NCBI GenBank assembly: GCA_039545335.1
Contig: BCIN01000004.1
Span: 1,168,925-1,232,924 of the forward strand
DNA length: 64,000 bases
Source: Kondoa subrosea
Taxonomy: Eukaryota
Direction of reading: 5' to 3'
Shown: piece by piece, positions 48,671 to 63,300 of the stretch
Layout of the letters: each line of letters opens with the position of its first letter
How positions within the stretch are numbered: position 1 is the first letter of the stretch
The notes under the pieces: generated by a model
The model's database searches: none
What the model saw: the letters and a program-made list of their open reading frames with translations, nothing else
Told to the model about the DNA's origin: nothing
Translations under genes and position numbers: made by a program

Positions 48671-50150
48671 TTATTGCGCTAGCTCAGAAGTTTCTTCGCA
48701 CTCCTCGATTGACCTGCACTTATACATTAGCCTCAGGAAACATGCCAAGAGCCTTCCAAAGCTTACCATCTCGGTCGGAAAGGGTAGTCGTAAGATCTAT
48801 CAATCTCGCCTCTAGCCAATTTCAGAACTCCAACGAAAGCAATCATAGCCGCATTGTCGGTGCATAGAGCTGGAGGAGGGAAGATAAGTCTTGTATCGCT
48901 CTTCCCTAACCGATCCAACATCAAGCGCAATCTTGGATCGAGCAAATCTTCAGTATTCTTCTTTTCATCATTGAATCAACTCCCACCTTGCTCGCAACTC
49001 CAGATTGGAAGCGACTCCTCCAGAGCATACCAGACTCCCTACTGTGATTTTCCTCTTCTCTCGCAACAGATCGAAAGCCATTCCGATCTTTATCTCCAAT
49101 TGACCAATCACAGCATCTTGAAACCCTTTAGCTACATTCGCTTTTTGCTTTACTTGCTCCTCTTGCGTCAAAGCGGACCAATATCTTTCTACAGCAGCTT
49201 GTAAACCAGAGAAGGAGAACGCTAATTTACCAGGCATGACATTGGTTGGAAACATGACGGAAGAAGTCGCTTTTTGAGCTAAAGATTCCAAAGCTGCTCC
49301 AGGTGAAGCGTTTGAACCAGTAGACCATTTTAAATCGAGCATTCGAGCAGTCTTGTCGTATGCGTCGCCTATTGAACTATCTAGAGTCGTAGCTAGGATC
49401 TCGAAAGAGGTTTGTGAGGAAGCCAGAACTAGGAGAGTGTGACCTCCTGAAACCAGTAAAGTGAGGAAAGGAAAAGTAGGAGGATTGGGTTCGGTCAGGA
49501 GGGCAGTAAGAGCGTGAGCTTGCATGTGATGTACGCCTTGTAAGGCAATCAATTGGTGTTTCACAGACAAGAGGCCTATACTAACCGATAGCAGGTATAT
49601 CGAGAGCTGAAGCTAGACTTCGGCCGGCTAACGAGCAGACTTGCAAGCATGGTGCTGTAATTTCAGGTCAGAGAGATCAGAGACAGTATGTTTAAGATCA
49701 AAGGATACCAACCTAGACCTGGTCCTCGTGTGTATCTGCATTTCTGTCAGTCAACGAATCAGAACAGCGATGAATTGACTGACGCTATAGCATGCAACTC
49801 AGCAGCTTTCAGACCAGCTTTTTGCAATGCCTTCTGAATAGCACCAGGCATTCTTTCGGCATGGAGCTGCTTTGCTTTAGTAGGATAGATTCCTCCAAAT
49901 ACTTCCTGCTCTGGTTGCTTGATTACAATGTTGGATAATAATTCGCCATTTGAAGAGACGACACTTGCGCAGGTATCGTCAGCTGATGACTCTAGTCCGA
50001 GAACATATGATCTGAAGAGGAAGAGAGCCAGAGCATAAGGCAACAGAATTGGAGACGGAAAAAAACACTCGAGAAGACGGACAGGGAACGCATAAAACGC
50101 GGTGCGTGGCTACATGATCCAGTTCTGGCTATTGTTCTAGCCAACAGCAT
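48671..50150 (-). CDS. QRI7: Mitochondrial tRNA t6A threonylcarbamoyltransferase (Qri7/OSGEPL1)
   Basis: [47 protein letters not shown] and CTDNAAMIA; Arg-rich presequence. Confidence 0.92.
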
Positions 50151-50577
50151 GCAGATCGCTGTCAATCCGAGCCAAGTCGCGGGTTTTAACCAACCTCCGC
50201 AAATTGGCAACAATTCTTGAGTTTGCTCCTGTTCGGTCAACCAAACTCAGCTCTACTCTGGCACGCAGCTTCCTATATACCCATCTAGCGTGGAATCCTC
50301 TGCTCCTTGTACCCAGAACAGCCAACGCTTGTTCTGTTTCACCACTCGATCACCTTCTTTGTCTTACGCGAAAGCCTAGAAGCTTGCATTTGACTATTCT
50401 ATTGCTTGCTTCGAATTTGCTCAATCCCTTTCGGAGCACTCTCAGTCAAGCAATTCACACGCGTATTTCGCTTCGAACCTGGGCTGCTTAGGGACTTCTT
50501 CTCAGCACAAAGCGAACTAAACATTGGCCCCGGCAGACCTTTCTAGCTTTTGATAGTATAAGCTTTGTGAAAGAAGC

Positions 50578-52834
50578 ATGGCCAAGTTGTATGCGCTGGC
50601 AGCCAACGGTCTAGCTGGTTTGACACCGCCAATGCATTCAACTTCAAAGCTTCAGGGAGGAAATACAGAAAGTTCGGGCGCAGCTGCACAGATCAAGTGC
50701 TCAGATTGCGGTCATCAAGTACCTCTACTATCACTCGGCTCTCATATCTGTGCTTGGCCGGAGGAAGATGCCTCTACTGGTCGAAATACACCTCGCTTGA
50801 GACAATTCTCGCAAGAATCGCGACAAGATGTGTCAGAGAGGGGTCTAGGGATAGATACTGGATCAAGCAAGAAATGGAACTTCAAAGCAGCAGGTCTGCG
50901 TATCAATACAGCCGCAAGATCATTCAAAGGTTAGCTCTTGTTTGTGCAATGGTATGAGTCAAGCTGACGGTCCCGATGCAGCTAGTCTGGCACCTCCTTC
51001 TCCCAGCACTCAGTCACTACCATTGACATCACCGCGGCAACCTCTCACTCCTCTTAGCAATGCTCCAAGTCCTTCTTATTCTACTTCATGTCTTTCACCC
51101 AATCCCTATCCATCAACAGCTCTAGATATACCTTCTCCGACCCACCTGGATAGCTCTGCATCAAGTCCTGGAGCATCGCCTTCGCAGAAATTACCATTCT
51201 TCGAAAAATACGCTCGAGTGTACGGAAATTCACATCAACATACTGCATCGAGCTCAACAACTACCTCAAGCCAGACATCATACACCCTCAATACCCCTTC
51301 TTCCTTTGGGACTGGTTCAACATCACCTTCGCCTCGATCTCCAGCTTTCTCGAACCAACCTCTTCTCAGTACCTCAAGCAGTACCTCCTCTCTTGCAAGC
51401 AGTACCGATAGTTCTGCACACAGCAATTCATATTTCTCTCGACGTAGTCCAGATACAAGCCCAGATCTAGAAGACGAAGTTGACCATGACCTCCGACTAA
51501 CTCTAGAATCGTCAGATCCGGCATTTGATCTCAACCCGAAAGGCAACATTTCACCAGCATACAACTCACCGTCTCTTCGATTGATGCAACAAACTCGTCC
51601 TTTGCAAACAAGAAGCAAAACTGATCATTCACCTCCCCGAGATGGAATAGATTCAGGCAACAAACGAACAGTACCTATTCCTAATCGGAGTATACCAGAA
51701 CGAAAACCATCTTTACCAAGATCTTCTAGCGACTCAGCCGAATCCAATGGACTGGCTAGATTAGGCATGAGCATGTTAACGGCTTCTCAATCTGAACCTG
51801 TTTCTCTGCATTCTTTAGCCAGCTCTTCTTCTTCATCAACAATGACTCCATCGAAAAGCATGTATAAATTGGATGAACTGTTGGAGGACTTATCTTTTGA
51901 TGATGATACCAAACAAGATGAATTGACCAAAACTCCCCAACCTCAAGATCGGGATTCTTTGGATTTCTTTTCCGAAAGTTATACTTACGATATAGAAGAT
52001 ACACCTAAACTAGAACAAGTTAGTAAAGTGAAAGCATGCTTGAATTGTGGGAAACAAGTTTTTGTCGGCGAAGAAGGTGTAGTGGAACAAGAGCAGGATG
52101 GAAGTGCGATTTGTGGTACTTGTTTTGCTGAACGCTATTTACCTAAATGTCGGAAATGCAAAAAGGCGATAGAAGGGAAAGCGATAGGAAGTGGAGACGG
52201 TAAAGTCAAGGGCAAGGTGAGCTCCTTTCAATGCGGATACGATGTATGGAAGTGCTGATCTGCATTTGGTCAGTTTCACCCTGCTTGTTTCAGTTGCTTC
52301 GCTTGCGATGTTTCCCTCTTTCCAAATAAGGAATTCTATGTATGTCTTTTCGGTCAAACTCTTGATTGCATAGTACTCATGCACTTCTGATGCAGGTCTT
52401 TGATGAACGGCCCTACTGCAACAGACACTATCATAAGCTAGCTGGATCACTATGTAGAGGATGCAACAAAGGCATCGAAGGCGCTTGCGTTTCCTTAACC
52501 ACCTCTAAATCAGATTCTCGGTCTAGCGGCAAGAAATGTGAGTTGATTTACCGCTGCTCGAGGTAGCATGGCTGATAAGGCAAATGCAGATCATCCCGAC
52601 TGTTTCCGCTGCAGTGATAAAAGCTGCTCTACTCTCTTGCCAGACTATCACTACGTTCTCGACGGTCAACCATTCTGCGAAGTTCATGCGGCAGAACAAG
52701 AAGCTTCTTCCCTTGTCGACGATTATGCCGATCCGAAGACTGGTAAACGAGTCAGCGATGCACCTAGACGAGCAGAAAAGCGAAGAACAGTCATTGCGGC
52801 AGTAGGATCGAACAGCAATAGGACAAGGCGGTGA
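50578..52834 (+). CDS. Paxillin-like LIM-domain protein (Pxl1-like)
   Basis: N-terminal CSDC...HIC; C-terminal LIMs CRKC...FHPACFSC...PYCNRHYH and CRGC...YHPDCFRC...PFCEVH. Confidence 0.85.
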
Positions 52835-53018
52835 ACATCGATACATCGCAACAGTAATAATGTAATAAGTGTCGAATCGAGAGTTCGATTTCAGTTGCGT
52901 TGTACGATCAAGGTGCAAGGACACTCAGTCAATAGATGTATTAACAATGCGAGTTCAATCGCTCTACACGTAATTGCATTGTACAGAATGACTATATCAC
53001 AAACGATTCTATTCTTAC

Positions 53019-55191
53019 TTACTTCTTTTGCAAATCCGTTTCATTCAATACATTCAACCAGTTCTCCCCTACTTCATTCCTCAATGCTTCGATCTTCTTT
53101 CTGAACGCATCACCCTCATTAGGCGTTGGTAATGGCGGTTCGAAGAATCCTTGGTTGATAGCAGGTCGATTTGATCTTTCTCTAGATAAACGACCAAGGG
53201 TTGAAGACCTTCCTGTAGTGGAAGAAGAAGAGATAGGTGCTAGTTTAGGTCGCGAGGACTTATGTGCTACTGTATTGTAGCGAGATGATGAGTTCTGATG
53301 AGGAGCAGAAGGTGAACGTTGATGAACTTTTGCTTCATCCTCTTCTTCCAAAGCTGGTGAAAGCATAGCAGGAGAGGGAGTAGCTGAAGGCAGGAGGGAA
53401 GAGTTGGGCGGTAGTAGAGCGGGAGAAGGTAAAGCTGATGAATCGCTAGCGTCTTCTGCAGCGGTAATGAAAGAAGCTACAGTAGTTGGTGGAGGAGAGA
53501 CGAAAGTGGTTGTACCGTCTAGATTGACAATTCTGCGTGGTGCTTTCCGTTTCTTTGGTTTATGAGCTACAGGTGTAGCTTTTCCAGGTTGATTGCGTTG
53601 TTCATCAGGTGAGCTCGGTCTTTCTGCTGGAGCATCTTTGACGATAGTAGTAGCAGTACTGACGTTCCTTTGCCTAGCTGACACCTTCTTGGCTTGCAAA
53701 GCGGCTTCTTTCGCAGCTTGCTCTTGTTTAACAGCTTTCAACTTCGTTTGAGTTTCAGGTGCACCAATCCAACGGGATTCCTGCCAAGAAGGGTTCGTCC
53801 CATCCAATTTGATCGTAGTATTCGAATGAGTGTGAAAAGCGGTAAAGAGCGCAACTCGCCAATCAAAGACTTTTTCTCGAGTATTGAAGAGGTTGCCCTC
53901 GGCACACCAGACTTCTTGAATATGAGGTAACGCGGCTAGACGACCAACTTCACCAGAATCTTCCAACAGATTATTCGTTATGTCGACAGAACGTAGATTT
54001 AACAATCGTTCGAGCCCGCAAAGAGAGGTAAGACGGTTGCGAGAGAGGTTAAGCGAGACGATGGCGCCCAGTTGAGAAGATATAGAGAGGATGGAATCAA
54101 TCATGTTGTCCGATAGGTTTAGTGATCGAAGGGATATGAGGGAGAAGAGGCCTGCAAATAACGTTAAGTACAATTCAACTGTAGCTAGAACAGATTTTCG
54201 TACCAGAAGGAATGGCAACCAGTAAATTGCTCGAAAGGTCCAGATGTACAAGATTATCAAAATGATCCCAAGGACAAGAAGAAATGAACGTGATGTCATT
54301 TTCAGGAAGTGCCAATCTCCTCAATGATCTCCATTTTGACGGCGAAAGTACTTTGACTGGTTCTTCACCATCAATTAGCCGATTATCCACTTTCACGCCA
54401 GCTCTCCTTTTCGCATCATCCACTACTGCATCGACAAACAAGCGACCGATATCTTCCAACCCGCTTCTCCTGATCTCCAAGCTTTTCAAAGAGTCTGCCA
54501 AGAAATCCCAGCCCAAAATAGCTAGCGGATCCAGGTTTTCCAGAACGAGTGATTGGAGATTTTTGAAAGCGTATAAAGGAACATGAACGCCATCTGGAAT
54601 AGTTTCAAAGTCTCGAATAAATCCATTCAGCGGAGGAGGCGGTAAAGCTGGTGAAAGATGTAGAGAAGGAAGTTTGGTGAAGCAGGCATAGACGAAACGA
54701 GCTTCGGTGAGTAAGAAATCTTTGTTCTTCGCGTTGAGGGCTTGTGAAGAAGATGAGGAGAACAAAGAAGAACCAAATGTGAATGTCGTAGAGACTGCAG
54801 AAAGGATCGACGAGGCGTCCGACTTGTCTTTGGCGTAAGAAAGAGCGGAGAGATCACCTCCGTTTTGCAAGACACTGACGAAAGAAAGAGGACGAGTAGG
54901 AGGAGAAGAAAGTGGAAAGTCTACAGGACCGGTTTGTGTCGCTGTTATGCCTGCCTCTTCAAATCGCAGCAAGAGGTAAGCGAGATGATGAGGGTCCAGT
55001 CTAAGCGTCAAAGGCTTGATCTCTTTTGCTGGAATACCCAGCCAAGAAGGCTGCGAGACTACTCTGCGACCAGGCAGAAGATTGGCAGCTGTAGCTTGGG
55101 AGAGAGCCCGCTCGTGAGCTCGAAGCCATTTGGCGAACGCTTGAAGATAGGCATCGCCGTCCATGACCGCCTGCGATTGTCTGGTAGACAT
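53019..55191 (-). CDS. Leucine-rich-repeat protein (nischarin/STK11IP-like fungal family)
   Basis: LVHLDLSSNLL, LRSLNLSDNMI, VSLNLSRNRLTSLCGLERL; one intron; C-terminal FRKKIEALRNEVGENWLNVL. Confidence 0.82.
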
Positions 55192-55698
55192 ATTGCCACT
55201 CTGAAGGTGTGAGCAGTCTAGGGCATTGCTTGAGAGGTCGGCATATGGTCCAACTTGACTTAGTTTTTGGCAAGGAGTGGTCGAATAATCGAAACTTGCT
55301 TTGGTTCTTTACTAAACACCTCGTTGGCTTCGTCTGCGTCCGCAAGACCTAGCCATAGCTGTCAGACAGGTGCCTCGCCTTGGAACAGCGAGAGATTTCG
55401 CCGTCGCAGCGCTGCCATCAAACACAGCTCCCAAGAACCAGCCTACCTCTTTAAAACCATTCAAATCAGCACTGACAAGCTCAGAATCGGTCAAGCTTGG
55501 TCAAGCCGTCCTCTGCTGTTTCAAATAAGCGCATAATTTCGTCTTATCCCTGCCTATCTTAAGACCCAGCATAAATCGAGTTCTCGAAACGTGGTCCGGT
55601 CTCCCATCGACCTGCTCAGCCCGCTCTCTATCTTGCAAGTCAAAGCCAGCATTGCCTAGGTCAACAGCAGTCCCCGGAATTCCCTTTTTGAAAGCTAC

Positions 55699-57835
55699 AT
55701 GTCAGCTTTGACGGCAAACTATCGCCCTGCAAACTCTTCGTTCTCTTACAAAGATCCTTCTGGGCAACAAGCATACTCTTCCTCATCATCTGCAAGTCTC
55801 ATTATCCCATCAAAGCCATCGAATTCAAGCACATACCAACCTATTTCCACCGCGACTATGCCTTCCCTTCGCTCTGGCAATGCTTCTACTACAACTACAA
55901 CCGTTCAAACTCAACCTACTTCATCATACAGAACTACAGCTAATGTTACTCGAGCTCAACCAGCTGTTAGACAAGCACCAGTTCGCAAAAATGGTTACAA
56001 AGTCGAAATGGAAAAGTCCAAGAAGGATGGCAAAGTAAAAGAAGTCATTGTGCTCGATTCTGACGACGATGAAGAAGATCAAGCAGAATCAACCGCTTCT
56101 TCTTCCAATGTACCTGCAAAGAAGAGGAAAGTCAATACCTCGGGCAAAGCGGTTGCGTCTACTAGTACTACTTATCAACCTGTAGCCTCTACAAGTAGCG
56201 CCGTTGTTGTTCCGAGAAAGATCGCTGCTTCCGGAGTTGGTGGCAAACGTAAACAGCCCGACCAAGCGGGTCCTTCCTCAAAGGTATTCGTCTTTATTCC
56301 TGTCTATTTATATGGTATGCTTACTCTGCTATGCGCCTAGGTCACCAAGAAAGAAGCTGTTCCGGCTGTACAGCAAAGTTGCGATGATAAAGAAGGACAT
56401 TTCGTCGTTCGAGCTGGCGAATTCCTGAGCGACGGTAGATGTAAGTTTTCTCCTGCCGCATGCTTTGTTCCAATTGCTGAATATCGTCTGGTCAAAATTC
56501 AGACAAGATCGAGAAATTGCTCGGACAAGGCACGTTCGGCAAAGTCGTAGAAGCTTATGATAAGCGAAACAAGAGCTGGGTCGCAGTCAAGATCATTAGG
56601 TCCATCCAGAAATACAGGTCCGTCGGCAATACAAAGCGGTTTGGTGTTGGGCTAATATAAAGCTATTCTTGACGACAGGGATGCAAGTCGAGTGGAAATA
56701 CGAGTTCTCAACTTGTTGAGAGAACAGGACCCAAACAATGATCAGTGAGCTTAATAGTGGCATCGCTTCCGATTGCGTAGCTCACCCTCTCTCTCTAGCA
56801 ACTGCATTCATTTGATCGACTGCTTTGACGATCGCAATCATATATGCATCGTCACCGAGTTGCTATCAGTATCGGTCTTCGACTTCCTTAAGGAGAACAA
56901 TTACGCTCCTTTCCCTTCGAGTCACATTCAGCACTTTGCCAAACAACTGCTGTCGAGCGTTGCTTGTAAGCTTTTGGAGCATTCACTACGAGAAGTTTTC
57001 TGACATAGCTTCGCTCCAGTCTTGCACGATTTGCGCTTGATTCATACCGATCTCAAGCCGGAAAACATTCTTCTGGTAGACAACGAATCTACCTGTCTTG
57101 TAGACCCGAATCCCGTTCGCTCTTATCTTGCTGCTCTGTGAACTTGATCTGAAATCGTGTACAGAAAGCTGGCGATAAACCAAGGCGGATACTAAAAGAC
57201 TCTTCTATCCGCTTGATCGATTTCGGGAGTGCGACTTTCGAGGAAGATTACCACGCTACAGTGGTCTCTACACGTCATTACCGAGCACCAGAGATCATCC
57301 TGGGTTTAGGCTGGACTTTCCCTTGCGATGTTTGGTCAATTGGTTGCATTTTAGTCGAATTCTATACCGGTGAAGCTCTCTTTCAGACCCATGATAATCT
57401 GGAACATCTGGCTATGATGGAAGTCGTCTTTGGAAAGATGCCTGACAAATGGGCGAGGTTAGCTAGGTCAGTTCGCGCTCTCCGTTTGTGCGAATTTGGG
57501 CTGACACAATTTCTCGTGTAACCAGTCGCAGCAAACCTGAATGGTTTAGAGGAACCAAGCTGGATTTCCCGAAGAGCGATACTTCGAGGCAAAGTCAAAA
57601 ATTTGTTAAGCAAATGAAGCCGCTGAATGTGAGTGCTGCTCTACGTCGTCGAGGCGTCAAATGCTGAGTCGGATCTCAGGCGATCATCCCTTCCACCTCT
57701 ATTACTCTGGCAAGGTTCCAAGATCTGCTCACGAAGCTTCTTACTTGGGATCCTTTACATAGGATAACGGTCAAAGAAGCTCTGCGACATCCTTTCTTCT
57801 CTCTTGACATTCAAGATGAAGGATCAATGCCATGA
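55699..57835 (+). CDS. LAMMER dual-specificity kinase (Kns1/Lkh1/CLK family)
   Basis: [38 protein letters not shown] and the signature EHLAMME. Confidence 0.95.
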
Positions 57836-58073
57836 TTCTAAGCTGGTCAGGTGATCAATATGTATAATAGCAAATATCGGGTTGGTATTCTTCCATAGAC
57901 TGGAATGGCACATTGTATTTGTCGCTTGTCTTTGTACATTGCATTGAAGAAGAGTCACTGTCATATGAACTGGATTGGCTGTTGTTTGAGCATCGAACTT
58001 CGCGGAATCGGACTAGCTTCTGACTTGTTTCGACGATTTGGCTCTTTGATTTAAACATTCAATGGTCACTATT

Positions 58074-59905
58074 TCACGATACTGATCTCGGTTCGATGAC
58101 TTCCTCCAGAGGCCCTTGTTGTAATACCCTAGCTTCAGCATTCTGTAAATCCAGCCCTCTTCCGACACTCCTATTCCTGTCGCGAGTATTCGGGCTGATA
58201 GTGATATTGCTAGAGTCATGCGTCTACAAAATGTTTCAGCTTCAATGCAGACGCGGCAAGGGTAAAAACACACCTCAAGAGAGGGAATAGACAACGACCT
58301 TTTGCCTTCTAGCAAACTCTTTGGTCCCTCTTCTCTTCCTCTACCATCTTCATCCTCATTATCACTTGAATGCTGCAAGAGTCCATCAACTTCCTCTTCG
58401 ACCGAATGATTTCGCGTTCGACTTTTTCTCCTTCCGTGATGATGGGAGTGGAGAGGTATTCGATTTCGATAGAGTAAAGATTGTGTCATTATAGTGAGAT
58501 CAAAGATTAGAGTGCCACCTGATCCGATCAAGTAGGGTAAGGCGTCGATGAGAAACATCGGATCAGTTTGAGCTAATGGGTTGGAAAGGATTGAGATGGT
58601 CTGCAGAGCATATCACTACTACGTGAGCATGACACAACTCATAGTATACAACACGTACGTAGGTTAGGTTTCCGCAAAAAGCGGCGATGAAAAGTAGGAT
58701 GGACAATCCTTCTACTGATCTTCGGCGATAATTCTTCCACACTTGAGGCATTCGACTCGTTAGATCTGCAGAACATACATCAATTCAGCTTATTGCGACA
58801 TCGATACATTCCCAGACGTACATAAAGCCGCACACGTCCAGGCTGATGAACGACCGATGATTCTTTGTACAGCTTGCGGAACATGTACATGATCTGATTC
58901 TGATGAATTGCCAGGAGGATGAACGTAAGATAATTCCATGTAGGATTGAGAAGGTGACGGCGGATCACTTGTATGTTGATAGAGATTCGAAGAGGTAGAC
59001 AGAGGTATATCCCAAGCTTGATTTGGCGAGGGAGTAGTGGAGGATAAGAGAACAGAAGTGGAAGGTGTGAGCTGGCTGCCGAAACCAAGGAAAGCGAAGA
59101 GTCCTAGGAAGATCATTGATCGTTGTCGACTTGGACTTGCTTCCCTTGAATTTGTTTCTTCCGCCTGAGCATGTCTTGGCCCGGCTCTTGATCGGCCTCG
59201 AGGGAGAGAGATGGTAGAGGATGTCATTTCGGGCGAGAAATGGGCATGCGTCGAAGAAGCAACGGATGCTATCGAGTCTTGCATTCCTCTTTCTGCTGGT
59301 CGACTGGCAGAACGACTCTTGCTCGGTTGCTTCGAGGTAGAACGATGCTGGTCTGACCTCAAGATGCGGTTTGCATGACGAGCTTGTGAGTCTTCGCGAC
59401 CACTTGTAGAAGAGAGTAAGGATTGGCGAAGCGGATCTGCCGCAGCCATATCTGTTGAACTGGTGCGCAGAAGATGTCGCTTAAGAAAACGACTCGAGGA
59501 ATGTTTAGGTAGGTCGGGAAGATCTGGACCAGGATTGATGCGGGAATAATGTACGTATTGTGCGATGAGCACTACATCGATGACACAGAAGCTAAGCAGG
59601 AATCTTTAGCCAAAGTAGTCTAAGAAGCTTTCGGCAAGCTCACTAGGTCGCCAGATACGTCTGCAAGTACTTTAGTATGTGATAGAAGAGGCTCGAATTT
59701 GGAATGGATTCACCTGAAAGACGAGCTGGTCTGTCAAGATACATCCTAACAGATTTGTAGCATCTCCCATCATCCACGACAGCAAGAAAACAGGTGCCAG
59801 GCCTTCGACAGAACTTGACCTATAGTTTTCTACTATTTGCGGAAGCTGCGCAAAGAGCCAGGCGACCATGGATACACCAGAGAAGAAAGAAGAAATTGTA
59901 GCCAT
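58074..59905 (-). CDS. PQ-loop vacuolar cationic amino-acid transporter (Ypq/PQLC2-like)
   Basis: WLFAQLPQIVENY...SVEGL...GDATNLLGC and a second repeat SRMPQVWKNYRRRSVEGLS; LPYLIGSGGTL. Confidence 0.9.
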
Positions 59906-60396
59906 GTCGAGGCTTTGATCACAGCAGCAACAGCAGGCTCCCTTTCCGTCTCTTCATATATCGGTCTACCGCACACCCCTTGACCAAAACACTCTCGCTT
60001 CCTTTACGCAACCAACTGATGGGTCGCGAAGCAGAACAATCAGGCTCTGGTATCTTTCTAGCTCGTGTATATGCCAGACTTCGAATGTTGCTCGTTCAAG
60101 ATCAAGAAACTTCGAGGTTGCTCCCATCCGTCGACGTCCTGGTCTGCTCAAGTTCCCCGCACAGCACTGCTTCGAGCGTTGCCCAATAACCTTGCTTCAA
60201 TCAGCTTGCTGGCTGTTATTCTGCCGTTGTCTTCTGCCTGTGTCCGCTCTGTTCTGCAAGTTGGACCAAGCTCTTTCCATGATTGCACAGCTGCTATAGT
60301 TGCTCGTATACACTATTTGTGTTTTATGTTCGTTCGCGCTTGCAATCCCATTGAATGCTCTGTTGAACCCCTGTGCGGTAGATCCTCCATTAACGA

Positions 60397-63300
60397 ATGG
60401 CTGCATCGCCAGCGCAGCTCCTGGTCGAGCTTCAGAATATCCTAGGAAGATTACCATATCTCACTCAAGACGAGAAGCGTCAAAAGAAGCTCTATATTGC
60501 TCAGGCCTACCATGTAGCTCGACTAAATCAAGTAGCAAGCTATCTTCTACCAGAACAAGAAGCTATACTCAAAGAGCTGGCTCACAAGATCGATCAAGTC
60601 TCTGATGCCGTCAAAGACAACAAGAGCAAGAAAGTCATTATGGACGGATTATTAGCTGAATATCAAGGGCATCAGACCGGGATCACGAAGCTCCTTGAAA
60701 TTTGGGACTCTTGCTTTAGCTTTATTCAGAGTCATACTCTGCCAATAGAAGCCTGCAGACAAGATTACATGTCCTCAATCAGTTCAAAGTCAGCTCAATC
60801 TATTCAATCTTTTCTATCAAAGCTTCTTTCTCCTTCATCCCTGTCGACTCTAACTACCAGTCTGATTCAGAAACAAGGTTCTGAGCTCCTAAGTCTCCCC
60901 AAACGATTAAGACCATTCTTGATCTTTCTGGTCGAGTCAAGAAATGTTCAAGTATGCGCTCGATTTCTAGAAGACATGCTCGGAAATGTGATTGAAGAAT
61001 TAGAAGCTCTGGAACTGGCTGAAGCACATACTGCTCGGCAAAGAGAATTAGAATCAGTGATTATTGGATTGATGGAAACGGCCGAAGGATTGAAGCTGAA
61101 TGTCGATATCAAGGCTTCTGCGACGAATATCGGTCTGGCACCTATTAAAGGGACGTTTCATCTGGGACTGGAGTTTGAGCAAGTGCTGCTGGAGTTGCTG
61201 GACGAAGGAAGAAGATTGAGAGCATTCTACAAGGCACCTTTTCAGCCTGCTGAAGACGACCGAAGTAGTCGAGACTCGCAAGAAGGCAATTCTTTTTGGC
61301 AAGAAGCGGGCTTCCAAATCGTCGGTATGACGAACACAATCATTTCTACGCCAGCAAGTTTGCTGGCATCCACTTTCAAGCATAGATCGCAACAACCTTC
61401 TATTTCCAGTAGCGGGCCGCCAGAAAGCAAGGAGACCAAAGTCAAATACGATCTCCTGCTGACCCGCTCAGCTGTATCCCTACTTCAATCACTTACACCC
61501 ATTTCTGGAGAGCAAAGCATTTCTCTCCCTCTCTATCTTATTCGTCGTCTGCTACAAAGCCGTTTCGCCTCTGATTTGCGTCCAACAGCACATCGAAGAG
61601 CTCTTCTACTACTCGTGGTTCGATACTATGGATTTTCCCATTTATCCTACATCCTTTCTCGATTAGGTAGCGGCGATATACTAGATGGAGTGCATATCAG
61701 TAAGATGGACTCGACAGATCTCATCCTGCCATTACATCGACGAGCGTATATGGCATTGATCGATGCAACTGGTTTTACAGCTGAAGGTGTTGAGAATCGT
61801 TTTGTCAAGGAACTCTTATCTGACCCCTCGGGATCTAACTCTGCTGCTTTTGTCTCTAATCTTCGAGCTCTACGTGTAGCAAGTCGTGCTTTCTTATCTT
61901 CCTTCTTATCGCCTGTCGAAAGCATGAACGGTGTAGAGTCGGATGAGGAAACAAGCTTCATATTGGCAAAGAACTCTATCCTGGACTTTTGGCATGAATT
62001 CGGTAGTCTCATATCGTCAAATCCTCTTTCCCCTAATATAAGTCCGCCAGGATCAGCTAATGCACATTTTCCAAAACCTCATCTATCTTTCAAACGGAGC
62101 TTCTCATCTGATAGTGCACCTCCAGTGGACAGAAGACAATATGATACAGAAGAGCCAGATGAGCAAATGAACTTCGTTGCTACAGAACTTCAAGGGCTAT
62201 GGCGGAATACTGAAAGTGATTTCGACTTGACTGTATTCTTCTACTCTGGAAATTGCATCTCTACAACATCGTCTGCATGCCATGAGCTCCCAGCCGAAAA
62301 CCTTGCCAACAACCAAGTTGCGCTCGAAGATCCATTTGTTCCTAAGCACGCTTTAGTCGGATCGGATCGAGCCAGTCAGGGATCACTCATCAGCTGGGGT
62401 CGCAATAAAGCTAAAACATCGATATCTCATATACCGAGCAAACCTGCTGGCGAGCTGAAAGAACCAGAGCTTGCACTCTTCCGGCGAACACTCACAATGG
62501 CACTCTGCTACCAGCACATAGCTGTAAAGTCGGAAGATGATCTATCTTCTCTGCTATCGCGACTACTTATTTCAAGCCAATTGCGACAAGAATATACTTT
62601 AGCCAGTCTCTTGTATCAAGCTTCCGAAACTCTGTCCAGCTTCTCGCAAAATCGACCTCATCTGTTGACTGAAGGTTCATCAGCGGTCGTCTCAGCAATT
62701 TTAAAACCTCTTCAGTTGGAGGAAGCAAGTATCCGTAAAACTTTGGATCGCTTGTCTGAAGCGTTCGCCAAATTACGAGCAGAATGTCACCGCCTGCTAC
62801 CAATAGCTCGACTCTCTCTGACACGTATGGACAATATGCGAGCTAGAATCTTCTTCCTTCAACAAATCGAACTGGTTTCTTCCTTATCAGAAACTGCAAG
62901 TCGAATTGGAAACGATACTCGAACGTATGAAGAACAGCTTATTGCTCACGAGCAATTCAGTTCTTGGGCGAGCGCAAATCAAGTTCACGAATTCATCATT
63001 CCTTTTTCTGCAGCCGAAGCAGGCCAAAATGAAAGCCAATACCTTGAAATACTGCAGCATGTGGACAGAACGGCCAGCAGGATGTCAGAGGTAGAGAGTC
63101 TGGCGAACTTCTACAAAAGAGAAACGCCGCAACTTCGGCAATTCGCTCGAGCCTTTTTGCGCGAAGAAAAAGAGCGACCTGTTTCTATGTCAATCAGTCC
63201 CAATCCAATGACTTTCATAGCAAATTCGTCGCAGCTCGTTGTCGACCGCTTTGGTCAGCTGTTACCTAAACTGTCAAATACAGAAAGCATCGAAACGGAC